Positions 21,213 to 31,032 of a stretch of 64,000 bases of DNA are shown piece by piece. Under the pieces are notes generated by a model. It ran no database searches, had not been told where the DNA came from, and saw nothing but the letters and a program-made list of their open reading frames with translations. This DNA comes from a virus. The stretch is from the IMG/VR virus record IMGVR_UViG_650716025_000004, one strand, 5' to 3'. Both the position numbers and the translations under genes were made by a program. The stretch's first letter is position 1. Every line of letters starts with the position of its first letter.

Positions 21213-21695
21213 TTAAGCATGATTAATATTATTGTTTTCCTTCTGATTATCATGAACACATTTATCTATAAATTCAAGATAAAGTTTTCGATCTTCTTTT
21301 GGAAATAGACTATTAACTATTATCCTTACAATACCTACTATCTCTGCAAATATACCTGTTATAAATAATCTTATTGTCCATTCATCATATTTGAATGTTC
21401 CTTTCCCAATATTCCAAACTATTAATATTGTTGAAGCAACTAGCGCTATTAATATAACTGATAAAATTATACTTAAAGTTATTTTTAGTCTTGAATTTGT
21501 TTTTTGTTCATTTGGAAACGAACTTGCTATAAAATTTAATAACATGTCTACACCATTGGATTTTACTCTGTCTGCTTGTCCAATTACATTTAAGCTTCTA
21601 CGATTGCTATTGTTAATGTTTAGTTGGTCAAATAGATTATCATTTTCTTCGATTTCCTTAATATCTATGGTTTCCAAATCTTTTATTCTAGTCAT
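21213..21695 (-). CDS. Two-TM membrane protein coupled to the IrrE peptidase gene
   Basis: Two hydrophobic segments; ATGA overlap with the peptidase stop. Confidence 0.7.
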   Translation of the reverse strand: MTRIKDLETIDIKEIEENDNLFDQLNINNSNRRSLNVIGQADRVKSNGVDMLLNFIASSFPNEQKTNSRLKITLSIILSVILIALVASTILIVWNIGKGTFKYDEWTIRLFITGIFAEIVGIVRIIVNSLFPKEDRKLYLEFIDKCVHDNQKENNNINHA

Positions 21696-22213
21696 GATTT
21701 AATTAACTCCAAGTTTTTTAATCTAGTATACATTGCAGGTTTTGAAACGTTAAAAATATTAGCTAATATAGATATTTTTGTATCTTCAGTCATTCCTATA
21801 GAAGTTGCCTTTTTATATCTATTTCTAATTTCCTTTTCATCCATCAAAATGCATCCAGCAAACTCATCTGCTTCCTTTTCTTCTTTTGCTAAATTATGAT
21901 TATCATCTCTAAATAATAAATCTACCATCTTAGGATTTTTGTTTAAATGCTCTAGAAAATAATGTCCCAATTCATGTGCTATAGTAAATTTCTTTCGTTC
22001 ATTAGTATCTTGAGCATTTACATATATATCTATATCACCATCATTATGACTTATAGCTCCAGAAACTTTTTCTCCATTTGCATTTAAATTATCCACCTCG
22101 TATACATTTATGCTTAATTCATTTGCTATGTCTATAGGATTTACAGAAGGACCTATTATAGCATACCTTTCTTTAATTTCATTAACTATCTTGTGTACTT
22201 TAATCTTATCCAT
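21692..22213 (-). CDS. ImmA/IrrE-family Zn metallopeptidase
   Basis: RKKFTIAHELGHYFLEH (HExxH), EKEADEFAGCILM; start at 22213 with SD gaaggag (track start 22342 lacks an SD). Confidence 0.85.
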   Translation of the reverse strand: MDKIKVHKIVNEIKERYAIIGPSVNPIDIANELSINVYEVDNLNANGEKVSGAISHNDGDIDIYVNAQDTNERKKFTIAHELGHYFLEHLNKNPKMVDLLFRDDNHNLAKEEKEADEFAGCILMDEKEIRNRYKKATSIGMTEDTKISILANIFNVSKPAMYTRLKNLELIKS

Positions 22214-22479
22214 ATTAATTTCTCCTTCATTAATAGCTTGTTTAAAAGATAAATTTCCCCAAATATACAGCCTTCTAAAAGAAGTTACTTGTATAATAAC
22301 ATGGTATTTTTTTATAATTAAGGAAAAATAACTACATACCAAAACTTATTTTTCATATATCTATTACCTTCTACTAGTTATCTTATTTTCCTTCTTTTTT
22401 TTCAAAATTTGTGGATAACTTTTTATAAATTAACAATTTTTTCTTTAATCTGATGATTATAAAATTACTTTTATAAATA

Positions 22480-23220
22480 CTACATCATAGACCAATTATT
22501 TATAAATCTAAATCCATCGTTATAATGTGAAGGATTTAAGTCCTTGTATGTACTAACCTCAAATTCTTTACAAAAGTTTAGCCATAAATTTTTAAAATAC
22601 ACTCTTGATTCTTTTTTGTACTTTGATGAATGAGCACCGCCTAGCATTGTTCCAATTCTATCTTTTGCACAATGTAATAATTTTTGTGCTTGTCTACTAT
22701 TAATAGTCGAACTATCTATTAAAGTATTTAATTGAGTTTTGGTATCTATTAATTCTTTAGTATTTTGTTGAATTTGTCCTTTTAATTCTACTATTTCCCC
22801 TGTTAATCCCATCTCATTAAAGAATTCTTGTTTTTGTTTTTCTGTACCCATAAAAGCTTCATGCAAAACCTTAGCACATTTCAGTTGATAGTTTATTAAT
22901 TTTTTTACTGTTTGTGGATTTTCTTTTTGCATTTTAGGAGTTAAAGTAATTTTTGCTAACCATAGAGTTACAAAGTCCTCATTAACAAATAAAACGGTTT
23001 GTTCTCCTCCGTTAGTAAGGTGTCGCAAATATGTGATACCTTGTTTTAATACTAGATCTTTTTTTTAGTTTTCAACTTGTCTTCTACCTTGCCCTTCTGT
23101 TAATCCAATAGATTGTATAGTCTTTTTAACTCCTAAAAATATCTTGCCATCTTCGGTTCTGACCCCTAAAAGCTTATCTCCTTCAAAGTCAATTAATTTT
23201 GTATCTAAATTCTTATTCAT
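22480..23220 (-). pseudogene. Phage antirepressor (AntA-like N-terminus, ORF6C-like C-terminus) with an in-frame stop at codon 52
   Basis: SD aggaggg + MNKNLDTKLIDFEGDKLLGV...; TAA at 23067-23065, same frame resumes KKDLVLKQG...LWLAKI...YQLKCAKVLHEAF. Confidence 0.75.
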
Positions 23221-23269
23221 ATTTACCCTCCTAAAGTTTTTGTATTAATTTATATATTTTAATTATTTA

Positions 23270-23572
23270 TTAAACTAATTCCCACTTACCAACCTCTAAA
23301 TAATCTTCAATATCCCAACCTTCATACCAAACTAGATACTTTTTAAACTTAACTATTCCCTCTTTAACTCTTAATGTATTAGTATTAAATGTATCATCAA
23401 ATACTTCACTATTATTAAGATGATAGACACTTGCTACTTCATATCCTAAAATCTCATCTTTACATTCTTCTATTACTTCTAAGCTATCTGTATATGTAAT
23501 AATATTATGTAATTTCCCTTTCTTATCCTTATACTTCCCCTGAATTATTAGATAAATTGTGTTGATTTCCAT
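23270..23572 (-). CDS. Hypothetical protein, paralogue of 47380-47682
   Basis: Near-identical 100-aa copy elsewhere in the window; SD aggagg. Confidence 0.75.
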   Translation of the reverse strand: MEINTIYLIIQGKYKDKKGKLHNIITYTDSLEVIEECKDEILGYEVASVYHLNNSEVFDDTFNTNTLRVKEGIVKFKKYLVWYEGWDIEDYLEVGKWELV

Positions 23573-23771
23573 AATTAAAACCTCCTATTTATTTTTGGAT
23601 TTGTTGGTTTCATTTACCTTATAAATATAATTATATACGTTTTTCGTATAAAGTCAATACTATTTTTATATATTTTATACTATTTTCGTATAAGTTTATC
23701 CATAAGTTGAATACTATATACTAACGTAGTATAATTATAGATATAGTATTTATAAGGAGGGTTAACTATAT

Positions 23772-23981
23772 ATGATTAAAATGAAACTTCATATAAAATT
23801 AGCTGAAAATAGACTTACTCAATCTGAGCTATCTAAAATTACAGGCATAAGACAGCCTACAATTTCTGCATATTGTAATGATTCTTTTGTTTCTATTAAA
23901 AAAGACCATCTTAACATTCTATGCAAATTCTTTAATTGTAAAATAAATGACTTAATAGAATATGAAGACAATCTTAAATAA
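23772..23981 (+). CDS. XRE/Cro-type HTH regulator
   Basis: LTQSELSKITGIRQPTISAY...LCKFFNCKINDLIEY. Confidence 0.85.
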   Translation: MIKMKLHIKLAENRLTQSELSKITGIRQPTISAYCNDSFVSIKKDHLNILCKFFNCKINDLIEYEDNLK

Positions 23982-24082
23982 ATCCTTTAGTCTACTGCCT
24001 ATTTTTACGCATAACAAAAAGAACTACCTTACTATGAAATAGTTCTTTATATATATTCATATTTAATTATTAATCTGACACT

Positions 24083-24102
24083 CCCAAGACTAAAGTCTTG
24101 GG
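24083..24102. mobile_element. IS200/IS605-like subterminal hairpin remnant
   Basis: cccaagac-taaa-gtcttggg; no transposase nearby. Confidence 0.4.
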
Positions 24103-24319
24103 TTCTTAGATACATTAACTTCTTTTATACTCTCATTTATTTAAACTACAAATAAATTACAACATATAAATACTAGTTATTTTCTCTAAGACTTTCACTA
24201 ACTATCACTCTAATAAATGATTAACATTAGTATAAGGCTCATGTCTAAACCTATATAGATTTTATATCCCATACTAGATATTAATGATATTGCTTTGTAT
24301 ACGTCAACACCTAAATGAG

Positions 24320-24916
24320 TTAGCTTTCTTTTGCGATTGGTTGTAAATAATTATCTTTTAATATATTAACTAAATCATTGTCTATTATGTCAAATATTAA
24401 TGATAATAATTCTTCATTTTTAGATATTCCTTTTATCATTTTTACTTTTTCCTTAATATTAATATCAATATACTCTAATATATTGTTGATTTCTTGTTTC
24501 ATTTCTTTATTATGTTCATCGTTAAAATATTTTTGTAATTCATAAGTCAAAGCAATTTTATAATCCAGTTTTTTTTCGTCTTGTTCATCAATATGAGCGT
24601 TTATTTTCTTTGAATTTATCTCTATGGCATCTATTTTATTTCCATCAACTGAAATAATCATATCTAAATTTACATATGAATCATGCTTTAAAAATGAAGA
24701 ATATTTGCTCACTTCTAATTTTAAGTAATTTTCAGGTATTTTGTTTGACTTCTTTAAATTTTCTAATGATGTTATAGGTGCTATTAATAAAGTTCTATAT
24801 GGAGTTTCTCTTGAGTGAAGTACAACCGCCATATGTTCTCCAAACAATACCTTGGTTTTATTTTTAGTTTTTGTGGGAAAGCTATAGTAAACTATTTGTC
24901 CTTTTTTAAATCTCAT
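24320..24916 (-). CDS. PemK/MazF-like toxin (cassette 2)
   Basis: KKGQIVYYSFP...GEHMAVVL...LLIAPITS...SYVNLDMIISVD. Confidence 0.8.
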   Translation of the reverse strand: MRFKKGQIVYYSFPTKTKNKTKVLFGEHMAVVLHSRETPYRTLLIAPITSLENLKKSNKIPENYLKLEVSKYSSFLKHDSYVNLDMIISVDGNKIDAIEINSKKINAHIDEQDEKKLDYKIALTYELQKYFNDEHNKEMKQEINNILEYIDINIKEKVKMIKGISKNEELLSLIFDIIDNDLVNILKDNYLQPIAKES

Positions 24917-24941
24917 TATATGTGTCCTTTCTATAAAAGTT

Positions 24942-25247
24942 TTATTTTTGATTTTTACATCTTTTAAGATATTCTTTCAATGTTGCATTATTGATTTGTT
25001 CTACTACATTTTCAAAAAACATTCTTCCTTCTTCATATTCCTCATTAGTAAGCATAGGTTCTTTTATTTTTGCTTGAAGAAATGAATCTGAACGTTTATT
25101 CTTCTCTCTTATCATCATTAATGCATTCATATGTAACCCTCCTAATGAACATTTGTCATTGGAATCACCATTATAGGTATATTTCAATTTATTTTTTATT
25201 CTATAAACTTTCCCTTTAGTATAACCTGTCCAACGCTGTATCTTCAT
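24942..25247 (-). CDS. Putative antitoxin with MKIQRWTG leader (cassette 2); second start at 25130
   Basis: SD aaggggtg+ATG at 25247; SD aggaggg+ATG at 25130. Confidence 0.65.
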   Translation of the reverse strand: MKIQRWTGYTKGKVYRIKNKLKYTYNGDSNDKCSLGGLHMNALMMIREKNKRSDSFLQAKIKEPMLTNEEYEEGRMFFENVVEQINNATLKEYLKRCKNQK

Positions 25248-25460
25248 ATTAACACCCCTTGCCCAACTTTTCAATAAGATTTTGGTAAAATATATGATAT
25301 TGTGTTATATTTTCCTATTTAAATACAACTTACTAAGATTCTAGATCACATTTGTAAATTATTTACATATTTACATATTACCATAAATTGATTGGAGGTC
25401 ATAATGTTATTTTTACGTATAACAAAAATAACTACTTAATTAAAAGTAGTTATTTCCTTT
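25225..25460 (-). repeat. Shared TA-cassette head module, copy at cassette 2
   Basis: Terminator, atggtaa(a)at, tgtaaattatttaca, SD and MKIQRWT; alignable by eye to the other copies. Confidence 0.85.
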
Positions 25461-25499
25461 GTATATTATTAATAAGATTAATTACAATATTATAGTAGT

Positions 25500-25772
25500 T
25501 TAATTTTTATTATCGATTTTATCAATTATTAGTGCGACTGAGCCTATAATAACAAATATAAGTGCAAGTATAAAATAACAATTCGCATAATTAGAATTTA
25601 TAATATAATTATACGCATCTCCTCCAACATAAGCATTCACTGAATCTCTTGAATAGCTACTCGTATTATTGTTATAACAAAACATCTTATAAAAACCAGT
25701 TCCTAAAAAAAGTATACATATAAAATATGATATATATGCTATTATTTTCTCTTTACTTTGTTTATTGTCCAT
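25500..25772 (-). CDS. Small two-TM membrane protein
   Basis: Two TM helices around NAYVGGDAYNYIIN. Confidence 0.7.
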   Translation of the reverse strand: MDNKQSKEKIIAYISYFICILFLGTGFYKMFCYNNNTSSYSRDSVNAYVGGDAYNYIINSNYANCYFILALIFVIIGSVALIIDKIDNKN

Positions 25773-25775
25773 AAC

Positions 25776-26351
25776 CTAATTTCCACCACCTTCTCTAAAA
25801 ACACTTATTATCTTCTCATCTAAATCTTTTAATATTGTTGATGGATAATTACATTTCTTTTCATCTGTAACATTAGATATTTCATCAATTTGTTTTTGCA
25901 TGCTTTCCAATATCTCTTTGAATTCATTACTGTATTTATCCTTTATATCCACTTCCGTTTCAATGTCACATCCGCTTTTTATCATATTAGCTTGATGTAA
26001 AAGAACATCCCTATTAAATTTACTAATTTTATAGCTATATTGAATTGTTTTCACTTCTAAATTCATTAATGAATCAATTAATTTCTTTTCTTCGTCATTT
26101 AAATCCTTATACTTTTTATTAATATCTGTATAAAAATTAGAAATTTTATTATTATCATAATCACTCATAATATTTGATAGTTCAAGTGTAGTATTATAAT
26201 TACAAGTTTTTAATTCAGGATTTAATGTACTTATGTATTTGCATAAATAATTATAGTTTTCTGCACTTTGTTCGTATACTTCTTTTCTTATATTTCCTTT
26301 ACCACACCCTATAAGTATACAAACCAATATCATAAAAACTATAGTAAGCAA
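25776..26351 (-). CDS. Putative lipoprotein
   Basis: Lipobox-like ILIG-C after a hydrophobic signal. Confidence 0.6.
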   Translation of the reverse strand: MLTIVFMILVCILIGCGKGNIRKEVYEQSAENYNYLCKYISTLNPELKTCNYNTTLELSNIMSDYDNNKISNFYTDINKKYKDLNDEEKKLIDSLMNLEVKTIQYSYKISKFNRDVLLHQANMIKSGCDIETEVDIKDKYSNEFKEILESMQKQIDEISNVTDEKKCNYPSTILKDLDEKIISVFREGGGN

Positions 26352-26640
26352 TATATTTTTTTCTTCAAAATTTTATCACCTTTCTGTAATGTAACTCCAT
26401 ATGTTGCAATTAATCTCATAAATTATTATACACTTTTGTATATATTTTTTCAATATTTGTCTGTATTTTACAACTTCAATCATATATCAATTATTTTATA
26501 ACAAATAAAAATTTTAATATAATTAATATTAGAAATCCATTAAAATATTTTTATAAAATTTTAATTGCTTTTTTATTATAATTTGTTCTTGATTACGTGT
26601 AATCACTAATCATATTTTTATACATAATAAAAATAACTAC

Positions 26641-27114
26641 TTAATCAAAAGTAGTTATATCAACATTATTTACTTTTATTTCATTTTTAATTTCTTCTAA
26701 TATTTCTAGACATGTTTTATATAAGAAAAGCTTATGAGGCTCTCTTTTAAATGCTTTAAGATATGGAAGTAATATCCCAACAGAACATGCATTACAAAAT
26801 ATAACTGTTCCCCAAAAGCTTTTAAAATTTGCTACAGCATTTATAATACCGGATGCTAAAATAGATATACTAATCATAGCTATACTCATAACTTCATTTC
26901 TTATCGTACTTTCCATATTAGATATTAATAAATTCACTCTTAATCTTTCTACATTAATATTTATTTTTTTATCTTTTATCTTTTCTATATAATCATTTTT
27001 TATTTTATCTCTTAATCCTTCATAATATTGATATTGTTTATTATTATTTATATGTTCACTAAATTCTTTATAATATATATCAAGATCATATTTTGCTGTT
27101 TTGTGATTTTTCAT
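26641..27114 (-). CDS. Two-TM hypothetical protein
   Basis: Two hydrophobic segments; SD ggtaggaggg; stop lies inside the terminator repeat. Confidence 0.6.
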   Translation of the reverse strand: MKNHKTAKYDLDIYYKEFSEHINNNKQYQYYEGLRDKIKNDYIEKIKDKKININVERLRVNLLISNMESTIRNEVMSIAMISISILASGIINAVANFKSFWGTVIFCNACSVGILLPYLKAFKREPHKLFLYKTCLEILEEIKNEIKVNNVDITTFD

Positions 27115-27221
27115 ATGAATCCCTCCTACCTTTTTATCGATAAGAGATTTTCATTCTTTAACCATCTATAACACAACATATTTATAAAAAAATAAGCTAA
27201 AACAATATTAGCCTATCTCTT

Positions 27222-27620
27222 TTATAAATTGTCAATTATTATCTTAAACTCTACATCTAATTTTTCTATAAACTCCATAAGCAAATTAAATGCTTCTGGC
27301 TTAATTTGACCAATTACCATATAGTCAAGTTTATCTTTATTAAAATAATATAATTGTTCTGCTTTTATATACCCATCCTTACCATTGTCAGGATCAGTAA
27401 CTGTGTCATTGTGTGTTATAGGAAAATTTCCTGCGTATTGTAATTTCTTTTCTTGTTGCTTTTTATTTTTAAAAGATGACATTACATTACAAATAATATT
27501 ATAATCTAAACCCTGTATTTTACCCGATTCATCACTTAAAACAACAAAAGAATGTTGATCTAACTTTTTTTCGTTATCCACATAATTTTTTATTAATATA
27601 ATATCCCCAACTTTACACAT
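27222..27620 (-). CDS. PemK/MazF-like toxin (cassette 3)
   Basis: KVGDIILI...HSFVVLSD...CNVMSS...GYIKAEQLYYF. Confidence 0.65.
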   Translation of the reverse strand: MCKVGDIILIKNYVDNEKKLDQHSFVVLSDESGKIQGLDYNIICNVMSSFKNKKQQEKKLQYAGNFPITHNDTVTDPDNGKDGYIKAEQLYYFNKDKLDYMVIGQIKPEAFNLLMEFIEKLDVEFKIIIDNL

Positions 27621-27638
27621 TTGTTATCCTCACATCTT

Positions 27639-27875
27639 TTATTTATCGTTATAATCTAACAAAACCTTTTTCTTTCCTGATAAAACTTCTTCACTCCAAT
27701 TAATGGGTGCAACATCTTTTAAAGAATCTTGTGTAGAAACTATAGTAGTTTTTTTATTTTGTAAGATATTTAAATTAAATGATTTCAATTTATTCATATT
27801 AACACCCCCATTACTTTTCAACTTGTTCCGATTTATTTTTATATATTTGCAACTTGTCCAACGTTGTATTTTCAT
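27639..27875 (-). CDS. Putative antitoxin with MKIQRWTS leader (cassette 3); second start at 27797
   Basis: SD aaggag+ATG at 27875; SD gggggtg+ATG at 27797. Confidence 0.65.
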   Translation of the reverse strand: MKIQRWTSCKYIKINRNKLKSNGGVNMNKLKSFNLNILQNKKTTIVSTQDSLKDVAPINWSEEVLSGKKKVLLDYNDK

Positions 27876-28085
27876 ATTACCACTCCTTGTCCCGTTTTTC
27901 AATAAAATTTTGGTAAATTATATGATATTATGTTATATTTTTCTATTTGAATACAATTTACTAAGATTCTAGATTGCATTTGTATATTATTTACTTATTC
28001 ATATTTTACCATAAATTGGATATTGGTCACAATGTTATTTTTACGTATAATAAAAATAACTACTTAATCAAAAGTAGTCATTTTT
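27850..28085 (-). repeat. Shared TA-cassette head module, copy at cassette 3
   Basis: Near-identical to 48800-49040. Confidence 0.88.
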
Positions 28086-28087
28086 GT

Positions 28088-28897
28088 CTAACTTGTTAAA
28101 TTGGGGTAATCTAGAAAGTCTAGTAAACTTTCATTTTCTAGTTTATCATTTTCTAACTCACTAATAAACTCCATAGCATCTTTAATCTTAAACAATTTAT
28201 ATGATGATTTTCTTAAAATTTCGTATATTGTCTTAAATTTATCATCTTCTATATCTGTATCATATATAAATATAGTTTTATAATTTTTTTCTTCCATTTC
28301 AGCTGCTGTAAATGCCCAAGCTTTTACGGAAGTTATTATCTTAGATAAATTTTTATTAGCAAATGTAAATATTTTAAATGCATATTCATTAATAAAATAA
28401 TCATAATTAACCGGTTCCGAATATTCACCTTTAGTTTTACCTTTATAAAATTTAATATTATTACTTTTCATAAAATGTTTAAAATAATTTACTTGCTGAG
28501 ATGTATTTGGTCTATCTTTCTTATTATAATCATATCTTAAAAACATTTTTTTTGTTTTTTCTACGAAAGACTTCATGTTATCTGTGTTACTTGTATATAT
28601 TTTAGAAAATCTTAGTTCATTAATAAATGTATCAGTATAATTATAAATATTAAATGATTTTTCCCTTGACCAAAATGTATTCTGTATTTCACATTGCATT
28701 CCTTTTAATAATAGTTTTAGAATATCAATATTTACCTCATCATCAAAACTCTGAACTCTTTGCCATTTAGTCGTAATTTCAAAATTTCTTTCATCTGTTT
28801 TTTCATTATAAAAAAGTATAGCTACATTTATAGATTCATCCGTAATAAAAGATGGATGATAACTTAGTACAGAAAAATATATTTTCAAACTACTCAC
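28088..28897 (-). CDS. DUF3037-like partner of the HipA-like kinase
   Basis: FSVLSYHPS...ESINVAILF N-terminus typical of DUF3037; overlaps the kinase stop. Confidence 0.65.
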   Translation of the reverse strand: MSSLKIYFSVLSYHPSFITDESINVAILFYNEKTDERNFEITTKWQRVQSFDDEVNIDILKLLLKGMQCEIQNTFWSREKSFNIYNYTDTFINELRFSKIYTSNTDNMKSFVEKTKKMFLRYDYNKKDRPNTSQQVNYFKHFMKSNNIKFYKGKTKGEYSEPVNYDYFINEYAFKIFTFANKNLSKIITSVKAWAFTAAEMEEKNYKTIFIYDTDIEDDKFKTIYEILRKSSYKLFKIKDAMEFISELENDKLENESLLDFLDYPNLTS

Positions 28898-29786
28898 CTC
28901 CTGACATAACTATATTCTTAGCTATTTGTTCTATAATATTATTCATATTTTGTAATCTATATAATATATATTCCTTTAACTTTTTCAAATCATTTTTATC
29001 TGTTATCCATACTTGTGGTAAATCTTTTATTATATCTTCTAGTATATCATTATTTAATAAACTTTTGAATATTTCATATGCACTTATTAATTTTTCTTTA
29101 GTTATGATTTGTGCATCTATAAACGGTTTATATATACAATATGTTTCTGTAATTAAAATCTTGTTATCTTTATAATCTTCTTGTTGCATTAATAAATCTA
29201 ATTCTCTTTCATTCCACCTATTTTGTAGATTAAATACATGTGAATGATCTATTATGTACATTTTAGATTCATTCTTGGAGAAATTTAATAATAAATTTCC
29301 GTTGTGTCTATCCTCATTATAAATAAGATAATCAAATAATAAAATTTTATTCATATCTTCTTTATTTTTAATTGCTTTTACTAATTCAGTGTCACATATA
29401 AACTTAGTAACCTTAGATAATCTCTTACTATAAAATCCTATTCCACAAATATCATCATCATACTGTAATTGCGACTTTAACTCTTCACTTAGTTCTGTAT
29501 TTTTTGTTATATTACAAATTCCACCATCAGGAATAGGTAGTTTTAATAGCATTGCTATCTTAAGACATATATATTCATTTATAAGTATCTTATATCCCCA
29601 TCTATTTTTAAATGTTTTAATTATAACATTTTCACCATCTATTATACCTTCAACTGGTTCCGTCGCTCCATATGGTAATTTGCGTAATATCTTATTTACA
29701 TCTCGAATCATATATAATTCTCCCTTATGGAATAATTTATTACAAAAATTTATATCTAATACTCTATTAAAGTTAAATAATTTCAT
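28890..29786 (-). CDS. HipA-like (HipA_2) Ser/Thr kinase
   Basis: GATEP, LINEY, FDYLIYNEDRHNGNLL, YIIDHSHVF. Confidence 0.8.
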   Translation of the reverse strand: MKLFNFNRVLDINFCNKLFHKGELYMIRDVNKILRKLPYGATEPVEGIIDGENVIIKTFKNRWGYKILINEYICLKIAMLLKLPIPDGGICNITKNTELSEELKSQLQYDDDICGIGFYSKRLSKVTKFICDTELVKAIKNKEDMNKILLFDYLIYNEDRHNGNLLLNFSKNESKMYIIDHSHVFNLQNRWNERELDLLMQQEDYKDNKILITETYCIYKPFIDAQIITKEKLISAYEIFKSLLNNDILEDIIKDLPQVWITDKNDLKKLKEYILYRLQNMNNIIEQIAKNIVMSGGE

Positions 29787-30045
29787 AAATATGGCTTAGA
29801 TATTTTTATTAATTGTATAATATTTTCTATAATTAGACAACCTTTTCACCCAATAATTTAATAACCTTTTACTATTTATTAAATAAAATAAGTTGATTTT
29901 ATAAATAAATTATCCAACAGGACCTTATCATTAGTAATTATATAATTCACTGCAAAGTCTATATTTTAAATGAATATATTGTAAATAAGTCCTTAATATG
30001 CTATTATTAATTTACATAATATTACCTATAAGGGGGCATAAAATT

Positions 30046-31032
30046 ATGCTTAAGAAAAAACTCGTATTATCATTAATAACTGCTGGTTGCTTATCATTTA
30101 TACCAACTATAGCAAATGCTCAAGTAAATGGTTATCTAATAAAAGATAAATCTACTAATGTAGTTTATAAATATAATCTAAATGATTTAGAAGATTCTAT
30201 GTTAGGTGATAAAGCATTCCTAAATGAATTCCAAAATAAATGTAAAAATGATGGACTATTCGCATTCTGTGATGATAGCAAGAAAGTAGTTGCTTACGCA
30301 GATGTAATAGAAGACTTCTTACAAAATAAAGATAACTTCAATTTAGAAAAATATATAAAGAATGACAAAACACCTAGTATTAAAGTAGATAAAATTGAAC
30401 AGGTTAAAGTAGATGAAAAAACTGATAACAAACCTGTTATTAAACCAGATACTAAACCCGTTCAAAAGGAAGAAGCTAAGCAAGATACTAATAAAATTAA
30501 TATACAAAAACTAAAACAACAGATTAAAACTCCTGAAGACTTAGAAAAATTCTTGAATGAAGATAGTCGTTTTAATCAATTGAAGACTCCTGTTGGAACT
30601 TTTCGTTTTACTACAGAAGTTCATGTAAATTTTGATAAAGATATTAATTCATATCCATATGATTTTGGAATTTCAACAAGATGGAATGATGAAAAAATTA
30701 GTGTAGTTAATATCGCTAAGCATACGATATGCACTAAACAACAAGCTAGAAATATTGATAAACTTTTACAAGACTATCAAACTAAAATAGCAAATTTATC
30801 TATGAAGTTATTTCCTAATAAAAAAATTAGAGGTCGCTTCGTTAGTGAAAATAAAATAGAAATAAACAAAATTGATACTCATCCTAGCGAAATTGTATTT
30901 GATTATTGGACTAATTATGAAGACGATGGATCTTTTGGATATACACAAACAGATATAAGTAAATTTCATTTTGAAAAATTCGGAAATTCATTCTGGTTCA
31001 GTTATGTACCTTGGGGACTTTACAAAGATTAA
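30046..31032 (+). CDS. Secreted protein (moron)
   Basis: Signal peptide MLKKKLVLSLITAGCLSFIPTIANA; SD agggggc; opposite strand to the late genes. Confidence 0.7.
   Translation: MLKKKLVLSLITAGCLSFIPTIANAQVNGYLIKDKSTNVVYKYNLNDLEDSMLGDKAFLNEFQNKCKNDGLFAFCDDSKKVVAYADVIEDFLQNKDNFNLEKYIKNDKTPSIKVDKIEQVKVDEKTDNKPVIKPDTKPVQKEEAKQDTNKINIQKLKQQIKTPEDLEKFLNEDSRFNQLKTPVGTFRFTTEVHVNFDKDINSYPYDFGISTRWNDEKISVVNIAKHTICTKQQARNIDKLLQDYQTKIANLSMKLFPNKKIRGRFVSENKIEINKIDTHPSEIVFDYWTNYEDDGSFGYTQTDISKFHFEKFGNSFWFSYVPWGLYKD

Noticed and set aside
22214-22342. N-terminal extension of the IrrE peptidase
   Set aside because: No SD at 22342; a good SD precedes 22213
24180-24318. Possible gene remnant between the IS-like hairpin and the cassette 2 toxin
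   Set aside because: Short open frame with no start or SD and no motif I can assign
27875-27902. Further upstream extension MKNGTRSGN / MKSWxRxxN in five cassette ORFs of the track
   Set aside because: TTG/ATG starts without an SD; the codons simply read through the conserved SD of the MKIQRWTS start
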